Assembly (NCBI GenBank): GCA_963804995.1
Contig: CAWDSK010000006.1
Coordinates: 1 to 64,000, forward strand
DNA: 64,000 nt
Direction: 5' to 3'
Source of the DNA: an uncultured Acidobacteriota bacterium
GTDB taxonomy: Bacteria > Acidobacteriota > Terriglobia > UBA7540
Shown: piece after piece, positions 42,413 through 52,818 of the stretch
Numbering within the stretch: position 1 is the first letter of the stretch
Layout: each line of letters opens with the position of its first letter
Program-made: the position numbers and the translations under genes
The notes under the pieces: model-generated
The model's input: only the letters and a program-made list of their open reading frames with translations
The model's database searches: none
Told to the model about the DNA's origin: nothing

Positions 42413-42699
42413 TCGAAGGCGAGATTGTACGATATCCTTGGACTAGCTGCATACAGCTTTCTACTTTCTGCAATTCGTGCCCGACCGAGACTTGTGCCGT
42501 CGCCCAATCCTACTACCAGTAATTCCAAACATATTCTGGTAACTTCACTGTTCTCTGCTCACATGGGCACCCGTTGGGCTGACCCGAAGACAGCATAAAG
42601 AATGGTCATGCATATATGCAAATTCAGGCCGTCTCAGAGGGGGCTTAGCCCAACCTAGGGAGACGTTCTCGCGCAGCCAGCCTGGCATAATAATTCTCA

Positions 42700-42910
42700 C
42701 GAGGGTTCGAACTCCAAGCACTACGGACCGCACCGTTGCACCGCGCACATGGTGCAAACAATTGCAGATGGATTGTAGCGCACATTTCGAGGATATCCGC
42801 GCTGAAGCTGCATCGTTCCCAGGCGCCCGACCTGAATACGGGCATTGCTCGCACAGGAAAGAATCAACGCATATGTTCCGGGTTTTGGCTCAATGATAAT
42901 TCCCATCGAT
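42700..42910 (-). pseudogene. DUF123/GIY-YIG nuclease N-terminal remnant
   Basis: KPGTYALILSC...IQVGRLGTMQLQRGY resembles the DUF123 start; the reading then degenerates. Confidence 0.45.
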
Positions 42911-42981
42911 GTCCTATTCTGGACTGGCAGCATCTCGCTCCGACTCTGCTAAAATACCTCGCAAGGAACATTGACAACCAC

Positions 42982-43197
42982 ATGGCCGACTGGAAAGTCA
43001 TCGCGCTGATCAGCGGTAATATCGAAGCCGTTTCAGGCCCGGTTGCTCATGACCGACCGGGAAGGCACGAACGAACTGTCTGGGAAGGGGAAGCCGCTGA
43101 CAAAGCCGAAGCCCTTCAAAATGCCGAGAAAGCCGACCCCAGGGTTGATCTGGAGTGGATGCGCATTCGCCACGAGCGGGACCTAGACGTAAGGTAG
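42982..43197 (+). CDS. Small hypothetical protein (71 aa)
   Basis: ATG 42982 (MADWKVIALISG...) within ORF 42736..43197; plausible composition. Confidence 0.4.
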   Translation: MADWKVIALISGNIEAVSGPVAHDRPGRHERTVWEGEAADKAEALQNAEKADPRVDLEWMRIRHERDLDVR

Positions 43198-43475
43198 GAT
43201 AGCGCTTAGCCCCTTTCAGCGGCACCCGAAATAGGCCCCCCCAACTCTTTCCTCACTACCTTAGATTTACCTACTCATGCCCCTTTTCTGGTGCTCCTTC
43301 TTCTCGCGGGCACGGCGAGATGGGGACTGCTTGCGCTCGCGGCACGGCGGGCGTCTGTTTTGTCGCCGCGGCGACACCCTCCCCACCGGATGAGACGACC
43401 TGGCAAAAGCATCCCCCACTGTCAGCCCTGCCCTCACTCTGGATCAACAAGAAACCATTGGAGAAGCTCAACTAT

Positions 43476-44561
43476 ATGTTCAGTAATCCTTTAAATGGCC
43501 GCGTCGCGAAGCCGCCAAGGAACAGGCCTTGGTCGAGTTGGCGATCCCGCCGCTTCGGAATGACTTTGATTCTGGGGATACTCGCGTTGGTCTGCCTGAT
43601 GAGTTTGGGTGGGGTTTTAGTATGGACAGAAAGTGCGAACTCGACCGCAGACGCAAAGCTCCTCCCCAGCCCGTTCAATGAACAAAGCGCTTTTGAGGAT
43701 TTGGAGAGGTTCGCGGCCCTCGGGCCGAGGCCACCAGGTTCAGACGCGCACGACTGGACGTATCTCTTCATCCACCTTTCGCTGCTTGGCGCTGGCGTGG
43801 ATGTCCACAACGTCGAGGTCGACAATTTCAAGGCCTCAACACCAGTGGGCGAAATCGAGATGACCAACGTCATCGCTAAAATTCCCGGCGCTCGGCCGGA
43901 GATGGTCATTCTTGGCGGGCATTACGACACCAAGAGGATGAAGATGCGTTTCGTCGGAGCCAATGACGGCGCGTCCAGCACAGCTTTCCTCATTGAAATG
44001 GCCCACGTGCTCGCTCAGCGGAGAAATCGCTTTACGTACTGGATTGTCTTATTTGACGGCCAAGAGGCACTGAAAGACTGGTCTGCCTCGGATGGCTTGT
44101 ACGGGAGCCGCCACTTTGCCCAGTCGCTCAGCGCGGACCAGGTGAAGCAGATTCGCGCCATGTTCAACGTGGATATGATTGGGGACAGGAACCTTCACAT
44201 CCACCGTGAGAGCCGCTCGGATTCTCAGCTCACCGATCTCATTTTTCGTGACGCCCAGGACCTCGGTTACGGGCGGTATTTTCTGGAACGGCCGCTTTCC
44301 GTGGAGGATGATCATATGCCTTTTGTTCGGGCGGGGATTCCCGCCGTTGAGTTAATTTCGCTCGATTACGGCCCGTTCAACATTTTCTGGCATACGCCCT
44401 TCGACACCGTGGGAAAGTGCAGCGCCGTGAGCCTCGGGATCGTCGGGCGGGTCCTGCTCGACGCCCTGGACGATCTTGAAAGCGGTCGGACGCCCAAACC
44501 TCTGCTTGCTTTTCTGGAGAGCGGCGCAGCGGGTATGGTCCGTGAGCAGGCCGGACGATGA
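43476..44561 (+). CDS. M28-family peptidase / glutaminyl-cyclase-like protein with an N-terminal membrane anchor
   Basis: Motifs GGHYDTK, GANDGASS, FDGQE, DMIGD, DDH and WHT. Start uncertain (43476 or 43560). Confidence 0.8.
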   Translation: MFSNPLNGRVAKPPRNRPWSSWRSRRFGMTLILGILALVCLMSLGGVLVWTESANSTADAKLLPSPFNEQSAFEDLERFAALGPRPPGSDAHDWTYLFIHLSLLGAGVDVHNVEVDNFKASTPVGEIEMTNVIAKIPGARPEMVILGGHYDTKRMKMRFVGANDGASSTAFLIEMAHVLAQRRNRFTYWIVLFDGQEALKDWSASDGLYGSRHFAQSLSADQVKQIRAMFNVDMIGDRNLHIHRESRSDSQLTDLIFRDAQDLGYGRYFLERPLSVEDDHMPFVRAGIPAVELISLDYGPFNIFWHTPFDTVGKCSAVSLGIVGRVLLDALDDLESGRTPKPLLAFLESGAAGMVREQAGR

Positions 44562-44754
44562 AACTCCACACCGCCGGCCCAGCGTTGGCAGGGATCTTTC
44601 GGGACCGCATCCTCCGTTGAGGACGCGCCTGGCCTGGGGCTTCTTCCGTCTGCTTTTCGTGCATAAAGGGCTCAGGACGCGACCGTTTACCTTCGGAAGA
44701 GGGCCCCCCGCGACTTACCAGCAGGCAAGCGAGAGGAGAAACAGGTGTTACACC

Positions 44755-44944
44755 TTAGTTACCCACCTTCACTGCACGGACAAGCCCCGAAATCCTTGTG
44801 CTGAGGGGTGTGAGATCGCCGCGAATGGTCGCGTCATCGGTTTGCTGCTCGATCCGTCCGCCCTCCCACGAATTCCAATTCCGTGTGATCGTGACAATCA
44901 CAGCAGCAGCGAGGAGCAACACCAAAATTGGAGTTGCATACCCC
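44755..44944 (-). pseudogene. HlyD/EmrA membrane-fusion protein fragment
   Basis: TM helix followed by QTDDATIRGDLTPLSTRISGLVRAVKV, then a stop. Confidence 0.6.
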
Positions 44945-45321
44945 CGCGCTTGGAGGAGAAGAGCAATCGATATTTTCGGTTCCTCAGAGCCTGGTGGAGG
45001 CTCAAGAGCGTCGAAGGTTTCAGTACGATAGCTGAACGGATCAGGCGGGCGGGGCGAATGAGGAGAGCACACAAACCTGCGACGAGGCGATCGGAAGTGA
45101 GTAGATGGGGGGACCGCTGCCGCGAACGATTGAGGATCAGGAGTTGTTGCTTGACAAGAACGGACTCGGCGACCACAGAACGGATGCCGCCCGGACCCAA
45201 GAGTCGGGCAAGAGTAGCCATGACATGGACGAAAAGGATGACGAGATTGCGCATCTCAGCATGTTAGCAAGAACGGCTAACCCCAGGAATTGTGCCCTAA
45301 ACTAGCAATTCGCCAGGGACA
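44945..45321 (-). mobile_element. Truncated IS (integrase-core/rve transposase N-terminus)
   Basis: ORF 44898..45254 (GGIRSVVAESVLVKQQLLILNRSRQR...IVLKPSTLLSLH) resembles rve-type transposase N-termini. The putative end TGTCCCTGGCGAATT at 45321 coincides with the break in the neighbouring gene. Confidence 0.65.
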
Positions 45322-46196
45322 GCCGGCACAAAGCGTTGGCTGACTCCGGCGATGATCAGCGCCCCAAAGCCCAGCAACTGGATATCCCGAAGCGGGCCGT
45401 CAATCAGCGCGATGCGCATCACCAGTTGGTCCACGCCGGCGGTCGTCACCTTGGCAAAAAAGAGAATGTCACTCACGATGGCCTGGAAGAAAAACCAGAA
45501 GAACGCGCCGAAAATGAACTTCTCATAAATCTGGTGCGGCTCCACGGATTGCTGCGCGGTCTTGAGGATAATGAGGATGAACAGGGTGATGGCAGCAAGC
45601 TCGGTACCCGCCGCCAGAATTCCCAGGCCCACTCCCACTGGCATCGGCTGGAGCATTTCCGCGGCCACGCGCGAGGCGATGCCGATCAGCATCAAGTACA
45701 ACGTCAGGTTGGCTAGGTCGGCGCGCCACAACGAAACGTATTTGAAGCGCGGGAACGATTGGTACGCGAAGCCCATCACGAACAGCCCCATCCAGCCGAA
45801 AATCATGGCGTGCGCGTGCGCCTGAATGGCGGGCACAAGGCGAACTTGCAGGAAAGTGCCCCCCAGGGCAATCTGCAAAAGATTGATCGCGCCCCACAAA
45901 GCGCCCACGGAAAGGACGATGGCGATTCCCGCCTTGAAGAATCGCCGGTAGATGAAATCCCCCAACGATCCCTGGTAAACGTACTCTTTGCTGCTGGGGT
46001 TCCGCATTTCGGCGTTCAATTCCCGCACCAACGCGTCGACGTCAACGTTGTGGACCGCGGCAAAAAACGCCAGCGCCTCGGTGGGGCCGTGCTCGCCGCC
46101 GCATCCTTTTAGCCCGTATTTATCAAAAACGCGCCGCGCCGTGGGGCAAGCTTTGACGATGTCGGCGACGCTCGTGAGTTTGGTGAATTCCGTCAT
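45297..46196 (-). pseudogene. DUF1858/ScdA_N + NnrS-like membrane protein, 3'-truncated by the IS
   Basis: N-terminal VFDKYGLKGCGG domain, then TM helices with QAHAHAMIFGW..FVMGFAYQSFPRF. The last residues (PGELLV) come from IS sequence. Confidence 0.65.
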
Positions 46197-46303
46197 GACG
46201 ATTCCTCCATTCGATGCCGTCCCGGTGGGGACGATTTCTCAGGCCGCGACGCTCTGCGCAAGAAGTGGGCGGCAGTTGGCAACGTGCTTCGTACCAGGAG
46301 GTC

Positions 46304-46513
46304 TTATGGGTTAGGAACTGCCGCCCCGGCCACGGCCGCGTTCAACTCTGCCAGAATCGCTTCCAGATCGAATCCATGCTTACCAGCGGCATAAGCGAGT
46401 GAATGAACTCCGCCACAGTGCAAATTCAGGTTATAGCTCCTGAAAACTCTCATTGTCTCCGGCCAGGTCCTGACGATATCTCCTACCTTCATGTCGGGCG
46501 TGATCGCTGCCAT
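46304..46513 (-). CDS. DUF542/ScdA_N-like small protein (N-terminal domain of Fe-S repair proteins)
   Basis: ATG 46513 with GGAG RBS. Sequence VGDIV..WPETMRVFRSYNLNLHCGG..SLAYAA..HG.D. Confidence 0.75.
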   Translation of the reverse strand: MAAITPDMKVGDIVRTWPETMRVFRSYNLNLHCGGVHSLAYAAGKHGFDLEAILAELNAAVAGAAVPNP

Positions 46514-46572
46514 GGTTGCGTCTCCTCTCTCGATCGTGCGGTTACAGCGTAGAGCAGCGGGGAAATGGGGGC

Positions 46573-46588
46573 GATGACTTCTGTCACA
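46573..46588 (-). promoter_or_regulatory. Crp/Fnr-family box (class II, centred at -41.5)
   Basis: TGTGACAGAAGTCATC on the minus strand; candidate -10 TACGCT at 46551-46546. Confidence 0.65.
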
Positions 46589-46701
46589 GGGCATTCGGCC
46601 GTCGAAGGTTGAAGGTCGAATGCGCGGGTCATGACCCATCCCTGGCCTCAACTCTCACCTTTCAACCTTTATCTTTCGACTTTTGACTCCCCGCCCCCTT
46701 C

Positions 46702-46717
46702 TGTGACTTCTGTCATC
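46702..46717 (+). promoter_or_regulatory. Crp/Fnr-family box upstream of the radical SAM gene
   Basis: TGTGACTTCTGTCATC, 45 nt before ATG 46763. Confidence 0.6.
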
Positions 46718-46762
46718 GCCAGGGGGCCGGTACTGTAGTGAAATGGGTGGCGAGGTGGAGCA

Positions 46763-47923
46763 ATGCGTGAGACAGCCGAAAACGAGCCCCAGGTGGATTT
46801 CAACGAGCGGCCTTTTATCGCGATCTGGGAGGCGACCCAGGCGTGCGACCTGGCGTGCGTGCATTGCCGGGCCAGCGCGCAACCCCTGCGGTCTTCGTTT
46901 GAACTGTCCCCGGCAGAAGCCAAGCGGCTGATCGATCAGATTGCCGAGATGCGGGTTCCAGTGTTCGTCATCACCGGCGGCGACCCGCTGAAGCGGCCCG
47001 ATATTTTCGACCTGGTGGAATATGCCACCGCGCGCGGATTGCGGACGTCCCTGACTCCCAGCGCCACACCCCTTCTGACGCGCGAGGCGATTGCCGAGCT
47101 TCAGCGGCGCGGACTGGCGCGCTTGGCCGTGAGCCTGGACGGCTCATCGGCGGACATTCATGACGCTTTCCGGCGCGTCCCGGGCTCGTATGAGTGGACG
47201 CTACGCGCCATCCGCTGGGCACGCGAACTTGCCTTGCCCGCACAGATCAACACCACCATTACACGTCGCAATCTGGCGGATTTTGATGACATGGTGCGGC
47301 TGCTGCAAACGCTCGATATCGCCATGTGGAGCGTCTTCTTTCTGGTCCCCACCGGACGCGGCCAACTGGACGACCTGATTTCTGCTGAGGAGTTCGAAGC
47401 GGTCTTCGCCAAGCTTTATCAAGTTGCACGGCGCGCGCGATTCGACATCAAGACCACCGAGGCGCAACACTATCGCCGCTATATTCTCCAGACGCGCGCG
47501 GCAGAACGGAGATGCCAAGAGCCGGCGACCGTCGCCAACGCCAAGGCCGCACCCACGCAAGCAACGTGGAATGAAATCGCGGTGAAAAACTCCCCCGATG
47601 GCATTGGCCGGGCGCCCCGTGGGTTGAACGATGCCAAGGGTTTCGTCTTCATCTCGCACTTCGGCGAGGTCTTTCCCAGCGGCTTCCTGCCTATGTCTGC
47701 GGGCAATGTGCGCCGGCAACCGCTGGCGGAGATTTACCAACACTCACCGCTGTTTGTTGCCTTGCGCGACACCTCTCGCCTGCAAGGGAAGTGCGGCGCC
47801 TGCGAGTTCCGCAACGTGTGCGGCGGCTCGCGCGCCCGCGCCTTTGCCCTCACCGGCGATCCCTTTGCCGAAGAGCCTTGCTGTGGGTATGAACCGAAAG
47901 CCGCGGCAGTTTACTCCCATTAG
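46763..47923 (+). CDS. Radical SAM/SPASM protein (TIGR04053/Ahb-NirJ-like)
   Basis: CDLACVHC, ITGGDPL and the SPASM segment GKCGACEFRNVCGGSRARA...EPCC. Confidence 0.85.
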   Translation: MRETAENEPQVDFNERPFIAIWEATQACDLACVHCRASAQPLRSSFELSPAEAKRLIDQIAEMRVPVFVITGGDPLKRPDIFDLVEYATARGLRTSLTPSATPLLTREAIAELQRRGLARLAVSLDGSSADIHDAFRRVPGSYEWTLRAIRWARELALPAQINTTITRRNLADFDDMVRLLQTLDIAMWSVFFLVPTGRGQLDDLISAEEFEAVFAKLYQVARRARFDIKTTEAQHYRRYILQTRAAERRCQEPATVANAKAAPTQATWNEIAVKNSPDGIGRAPRGLNDAKGFVFISHFGEVFPSGFLPMSAGNVRRQPLAEIYQHSPLFVALRDTSRLQGKCGACEFRNVCGGSRARAFALTGDPFAEEPCCGYEPKAAAVYSH

Positions 47924-48008
47924 TGCCGGGGGTTAGCGTGGATTTCTCACCACGCTGGGATTTTAAAGGGCTTCAGCGCGGTGATCATTCCGGTAAGAGA
48001 ATACACCT

Positions 48009-50297
48009 CTACACCGGAGGAGCCATGTCCCGCTTCCACACGCTGCGCAGCGCGCCGAGCGCGATAGGTACAGCACCGACGAGGATGAAGATCATGTCTC
48101 CCGCCATGCGAACCCATTCCAGCTTGTGGTAGAGGCCGCCCATCAGGAAGGTCAGCCGACGCGCGTGCCAGTACCCCTTGGCGATGGAGTCCCAGAGTTG
48201 GAGGACGCCTCCGGGAAACAGGTCCAAGAGGACCATAAGGGCGAGGCCCACGTTAGCACCCCAGAAGCCTATCTGGATGAACTTCTCTGTCCCCTTCCAG
48301 ACGGCGTCGGACTGCATGGCTCTCAAGCAAAATACCAGGACCGCCAGCGCCAACATCCCGAAGACGCCAAACAGGGCGGCGTGTGCGTGGTTGGCGGTGA
48401 GTGTCGTGCCCACCTCGAAGTAAGACACAATTGGCAGGTTGATAAGGAAGCCGAAAACCCCGGCGCCGACAAAGTTCCACACACCGACCGCCATCAGGAA
48501 GTAGATGGCCCACTTCTGGCTGGTCGCGAATTCCTGGCCGCACACGGAGCACTGCCGATTCTTCAGCTTGATGAAGTCCCAGGCGTCCAGGGTCAGAAGC
48601 GTCAAGGGCACAATCTCCATGGCGGAGAAGCACGCCGCCAGGCCCATGTTGAGCGTCCCCTGGCCGGTGAAATACCAGTGATGGCCTGTGCCAATGATCC
48701 CGGCGCTGAGGTAGAGGATGGCGTCGAGGTAGATCAGGCGCGTGGCGGTCTTGGTGCTGACCACGCCCATCTGGTGGAACATGATGGCCACCAGGACCGT
48801 GGCGAAGAGCTCGAAGAATCCTTCCACCCAAAGATGGATGATCCAGAAACGCCAGTTATCGATGACCGCGAAGTTGGTGTGGGGGCCGTAGAAAAGCGCG
48901 GGCAGGTAAAAGACGGGAATGGCCACGGCAGCGTAAAGAAAGAGTGCGGATAACTCACGCTTGCCAGGACTCTTCATGGCAGGCTTCAAGGCTCGGAACA
49001 TCAAAAAGAGCCAGAAGACAAGGCCCGCCGCCAGCAGGAGCTGCCAGAACCGCCCGAGGTCCAGGTATTCTGAACCCTGATGCCCGAACCAGAACCATAC
49101 CTGCCCGAGCTTGTCGTTGATGCCCAAATACTCTCCGAAGAGGCTGCCGAAAACCACTACAACTAACGCCCCGAGGAGAACGTAGACGCCAGCCCTTTGG
49201 CCTTTGGGCTCCTCGCCACCCACCCAGGGCGCCAGGAAAAGGCCGCCGCCTACCCAGGCCGTTGCGATCCAGAAGATGGCGAGTTGGAGGTGCCAGGTGC
49301 GTGCCAGAGTGTAGGGCAGGAAGTGCGCGATGTTGAAGCCGTAAAAGCCTCCGGGCTCCACGCGGTAGTGGGCGAGTGCGCCTCCCAGGAACGATTGCGC
49401 CAGGAAGAGGAGCGCCACCACGGCAAAGAACCACCCGGTGGCCCATTGGCTGGGCGTCAGGATCAGAGGCGTGGGAGCGGAGTGCGTAACGTGGGCGACA
49501 TCGCCCTCACCCTTCCAGCCCAGGTAGTCAAACTTGCCGACGACGAAGAGGATCAGGCCCAGACCTCCCAGAAGGGTGATGAGACTCAAAGCGCTCCAGA
49601 CGTAAGCCTCAACGGAGGGCCGGTTGCCTACCAGGGGCTCATAAGGCCAGTTATTCGTGTAGGTATAGTCCTTGCCTGGCCGGTTCGCCGACGCCGCCCA
49701 GGCGGCCCACGCGAAAAAGGCGGTCAGCGCTTGGAGCTCCGTGGGGTCCTTGATATAGCGTGCAGGCAGTCCAGGGGCGGCGCCCTGCTTGGTGAAGTAG
49801 TCGCTCCATTCGGCCGTCTGGCTGCGAAAGGCTGCCACCTCCCCGGGGGTAAAGAAGAGCGTTCGCGAGGCCGATTCGTACCGGTTCTCCTTAAGAACCC
49901 TCCGCACCTCCCCGGACGCGACGATCTGCTCATCAGTCGAGAGCTGTGCGAAGGGTTTGCCGTACTTATCCACCGCGATCGTATCCCGAGTCACTTCGCT
50001 GAGCCGGTGCAGATACTCGGCGCTGTAGTCAGGACCCAGATAAGCCCCGTGACCCCAAAGGGTCCCGTGTTCCATGAGGCCGTATTTAAAGAAGACCTCC
50101 TGGCCTTTTTGGATATCGGCTCCTGTGAATACTACATTTCCCGCCGCATCCACGGCCTTGTCGGGAATGGGAGGGGCGTTCGTGTAGGTCAAGACGGTTA
50201 CGAAAGATAGAACCGAGAAACCACCGATCATGACGAGAATCGCCGCATGTCGCCACCACGGAGAGAGACCTGTAGCACTACCGGACGTGTCTGCCAT
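48009..50297 (-). CDS. norZ: Quinol-dependent nitric-oxide reductase (qNOR)
   Basis: Motifs GHGAYLGPDY, RTWHLQ, IHLWVEGFFE, GTGHHWY and TANHAHAALFG; 762-aa polytopic membrane protein. Confidence 0.95.
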   Translation of the reverse strand: MADTSGSATGLSPWWRHAAILVMIGGFSVLSFVTVLTYTNAPPIPDKAVDAAGNVVFTGADIQKGQEVFFKYGLMEHGTLWGHGAYLGPDYSAEYLHRLSEVTRDTIAVDKYGKPFAQLSTDEQIVASGEVRRVLKENRYESASRTLFFTPGEVAAFRSQTAEWSDYFTKQGAAPGLPARYIKDPTELQALTAFFAWAAWAASANRPGKDYTYTNNWPYEPLVGNRPSVEAYVWSALSLITLLGGLGLILFVVGKFDYLGWKGEGDVAHVTHSAPTPLILTPSQWATGWFFAVVALLFLAQSFLGGALAHYRVEPGGFYGFNIAHFLPYTLARTWHLQLAIFWIATAWVGGGLFLAPWVGGEEPKGQRAGVYVLLGALVVVVFGSLFGEYLGINDKLGQVWFWFGHQGSEYLDLGRFWQLLLAAGLVFWLFLMFRALKPAMKSPGKRELSALFLYAAVAIPVFYLPALFYGPHTNFAVIDNWRFWIIHLWVEGFFELFATVLVAIMFHQMGVVSTKTATRLIYLDAILYLSAGIIGTGHHWYFTGQGTLNMGLAACFSAMEIVPLTLLTLDAWDFIKLKNRQCSVCGQEFATSQKWAIYFLMAVGVWNFVGAGVFGFLINLPIVSYFEVGTTLTANHAHAALFGVFGMLALAVLVFCLRAMQSDAVWKGTEKFIQIGFWGANVGLALMVLLDLFPGGVLQLWDSIAKGYWHARRLTFLMGGLYHKLEWVRMAGDMIFILVGAVPIALGALRSVWKRDMAPPV

Positions 50298-50378
50298 TCA
50301 TGCCCCCATTGCGGGCCATGTCGATGCCTTATGGCCACGCTTGATTTATTGATGTTAGGGGAGCAACGGGCACATGAC

Positions 50379-50394
50379 GATGACTTTTGTCACG
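50379..50394 (-). promoter_or_regulatory. Crp/Fnr-family box upstream of qNOR (centred at -41.5)
   Basis: CGTGACAAAAGTCATC on the minus strand; candidate -10 TAACAT at 50357-50352. Confidence 0.65.
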
Positions 50395-50955
50395 GCCCTT
50401 ACAATACGACCCGCAAGACCTTGAGAGGAACTTGGGGATCAGCGAGACAGAGCGCCTGAAAATCCTGCTTGATCACAAAAAGCACGGTGACGCCGTCGAC
50501 CGCGGCTGCTGACGCGGGTACTTCGCCGGATTGGGAACGAAAAACGCCCTTTCATGCTCGAATCCCACTTGCCTGAGTCCCACTGAAGACATCGGACTCT
50601 TCGGTCGCCTGGTACAGTCTTCCCAAGCGTGTTGACGGACATGATAGTAATGTTCCCGCTTAGGCGAACTGTGGCGGTGTTAGCCGTGTCAAATGGCGGC
50701 TGTGCCCGACGGCGCACAGGAGAAGAATTCACTGTTACCGTGAGATCACAAGTCGTCCCTCTAATTTACTACCGCGGCTGGCGCATACAGAAGAAGTGAA
50801 TGAGCCACCCACGAATTTGACGTGTTGGCGTGCTATCGGGAACAATCTAATCTACGATAGGCGGTGCAGTGGATAGTCGCGATCGGAAAAAGGCTGTCTA
50901 TGTCAGATCGGATTAAGAGATGACCCATGACGAGCGACAAGATAGGGATAACTGA

Positions 50956-52812
50956 ATGACTCGCTTTCTCTCGCGTGCATGGGACGATCCACACTGCGGC
51001 AGCTTCAACAAAGAAACCCATCGTCTATTCGCCTATCACCAGGCTACGAAGCATACCTTTCAATCGGTTCACACCACTGCGCATTATCTCGATTGGGATA
51101 ATCAACCTGATCCTTTCCGCACTTATGAAGGTGCCCCCGTTATCCTGCTCCCGCCTGAACCTGGCTTTCCAAACATCGGAACATTCGCTGCCATGACATT
51201 GCTTGCGGCCGGAGCAAGCGTGGCCAGCGACAATGAAATTGAAGATCACAATCCAGCTCCGCGGGACAAGATCTGGCTCAGTCAGTTGCTCTGGCACTCC
51301 ATGGCGATCAGCGCCCAAAAGAGGGTCCCGAATTCGGACCATCACTACAGCCTGCGAGTAAATCCCTCTTCAGGAAATCTTCACCCCACGGAAGTCTACT
51401 TGGCGCTACGAGGGTTCGCGGACCTCGGCGACGGCTTTTATCATTACCGCGCCGATCTCCACGCGCTGGAATTGCTGTGTCCGGGCGCTCGGACAGCCCG
51501 ACTCGCGCAAGACCTCGCAATTCCCTGGGCGGCGGAATCGCCGCTGATTGTAGGGCTGACCTCGATTTTCTGGCGCGAGGCTTGGAAGTACCGCAGCCGT
51601 GCCTATCGTTATTGCTGTCTTGATTTGGGTCACGCAATGATGAGCCTGCTGCTCGCGGCTCGCGCCTTGGGACTGTCCGGTGGCGCAATCACCCACTTCG
51701 CAGATTCCCGCCTCACGAGTGCCCTCGGCTTAGCCGGTGGCGATGAGGCGCCCATGGCCTTCTTAGTGTTTCCGTCGAGAAGGCCGGCGGAGCGAGCACC
51801 TTCCTGTTTAGAGGAAGCATTTGCCGGTATTCCCAACGATTTATCGGCCGAGGAAGTACCCTACGAACTTTTGCTTGGAATCCATTGCGCCACGATCCTG
51901 CCTGATCCTTTGGGCCCACGGCCTCTCCTGCCAATGGCAAATACTGAAGCAGCGCCCAGTGTGCCCGAATCTTTGCCCGAACCAGCGCGCGATGCCCTGC
52001 TGGGAGTGATCGCGCGCCAACGTCGTTCGGCGCTCGAATTTGACCCACGGACTCGACCCTTCGAGCGCGCCTCTGTGGAACAACTGCTGGATTTTGCGAC
52101 ACGGGACTGGCCCGCGGATTGGCGTGGGAACTTCCAGGGCCCGGAGCCACAGGTGGAGCCATCGATAGATTTCGTGACCCTGTACCTCTATATCCACCGC
52201 GTCCGCGGCTGCGAGCCCGGGATATACCGTTGGGATAGAAAAAGCCGAAGTTTGGAGCAGCTCCGTCGCGAGAATGTTGAACGCCAGGCGGCTTATCTCA
52301 GTCTTGAGCAACCCCTGGCGGGAAACGCCTGCTTCGCCATGTCAATGGTTGCAGACCTGGCGCGGGCACCTCGGGTGTTCGGAAATCGGGGCTATCGGTA
52401 TATCCATTACGAAGCCGGGGCGATCGGGCAGCGGCTGTACCTGGGGGCGGAAGCATTGAACTGGAATGCCACCGGCATCGGCGCCTTTTACGACGATGAG
52501 GTGCACCGTTACCTCGGGTTTCTAGATGAAGGCGACAACACGCTGGATGCTTCGGTCGATGCCGCGGAGCACGCAGCACTCATCATGCTGGGATCACCGG
52601 CGAGCCGTCACGCGGCAACGCGGAGTCCGGACCCGCTCCATCTCCATGCGGCGAATTGCGGCCCAGACGATGATCAGTCGTACAAAAAGAGGAAGGCCCG
52701 AGAGAACCCCGGGGCAGTTGCCGAGCGGCAGGATACCATCCTGCTACCACAGCAGGTAATCTATCACTTCGCCATCGGGCGCGCCATTCCCGACACGCGA
52801 ATTGAGGGTTGA
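50956..52812 (+). CDS. SagB/ThcOx-family tandem nitroreductase-like dehydrogenase
   Basis: YHQATKH, NPSSGNLHPTE and WKYRSRAYRY..DLGH; second domain RGYRY..EAGAIGQRLYL...GIGAFYDD. Confidence 0.85.
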   Translation: MTRFLSRAWDDPHCGSFNKETHRLFAYHQATKHTFQSVHTTAHYLDWDNQPDPFRTYEGAPVILLPPEPGFPNIGTFAAMTLLAAGASVASDNEIEDHNPAPRDKIWLSQLLWHSMAISAQKRVPNSDHHYSLRVNPSSGNLHPTEVYLALRGFADLGDGFYHYRADLHALELLCPGARTARLAQDLAIPWAAESPLIVGLTSIFWREAWKYRSRAYRYCCLDLGHAMMSLLLAARALGLSGGAITHFADSRLTSALGLAGGDEAPMAFLVFPSRRPAERAPSCLEEAFAGIPNDLSAEEVPYELLLGIHCATILPDPLGPRPLLPMANTEAAPSVPESLPEPARDALLGVIARQRRSALEFDPRTRPFERASVEQLLDFATRDWPADWRGNFQGPEPQVEPSIDFVTLYLYIHRVRGCEPGIYRWDRKSRSLEQLRRENVERQAAYLSLEQPLAGNACFAMSMVADLARAPRVFGNRGYRYIHYEAGAIGQRLYLGAEALNWNATGIGAFYDDEVHRYLGFLDEGDNTLDASVDAAEHAALIMLGSPASRHAATRSPDPLHLHAANCGPDDDQSYKKRKARENPGAVAERQDTILLPQQVIYHFAIGRAIPDTRIEG

Positions 52813-52818
52813 GGCGAG

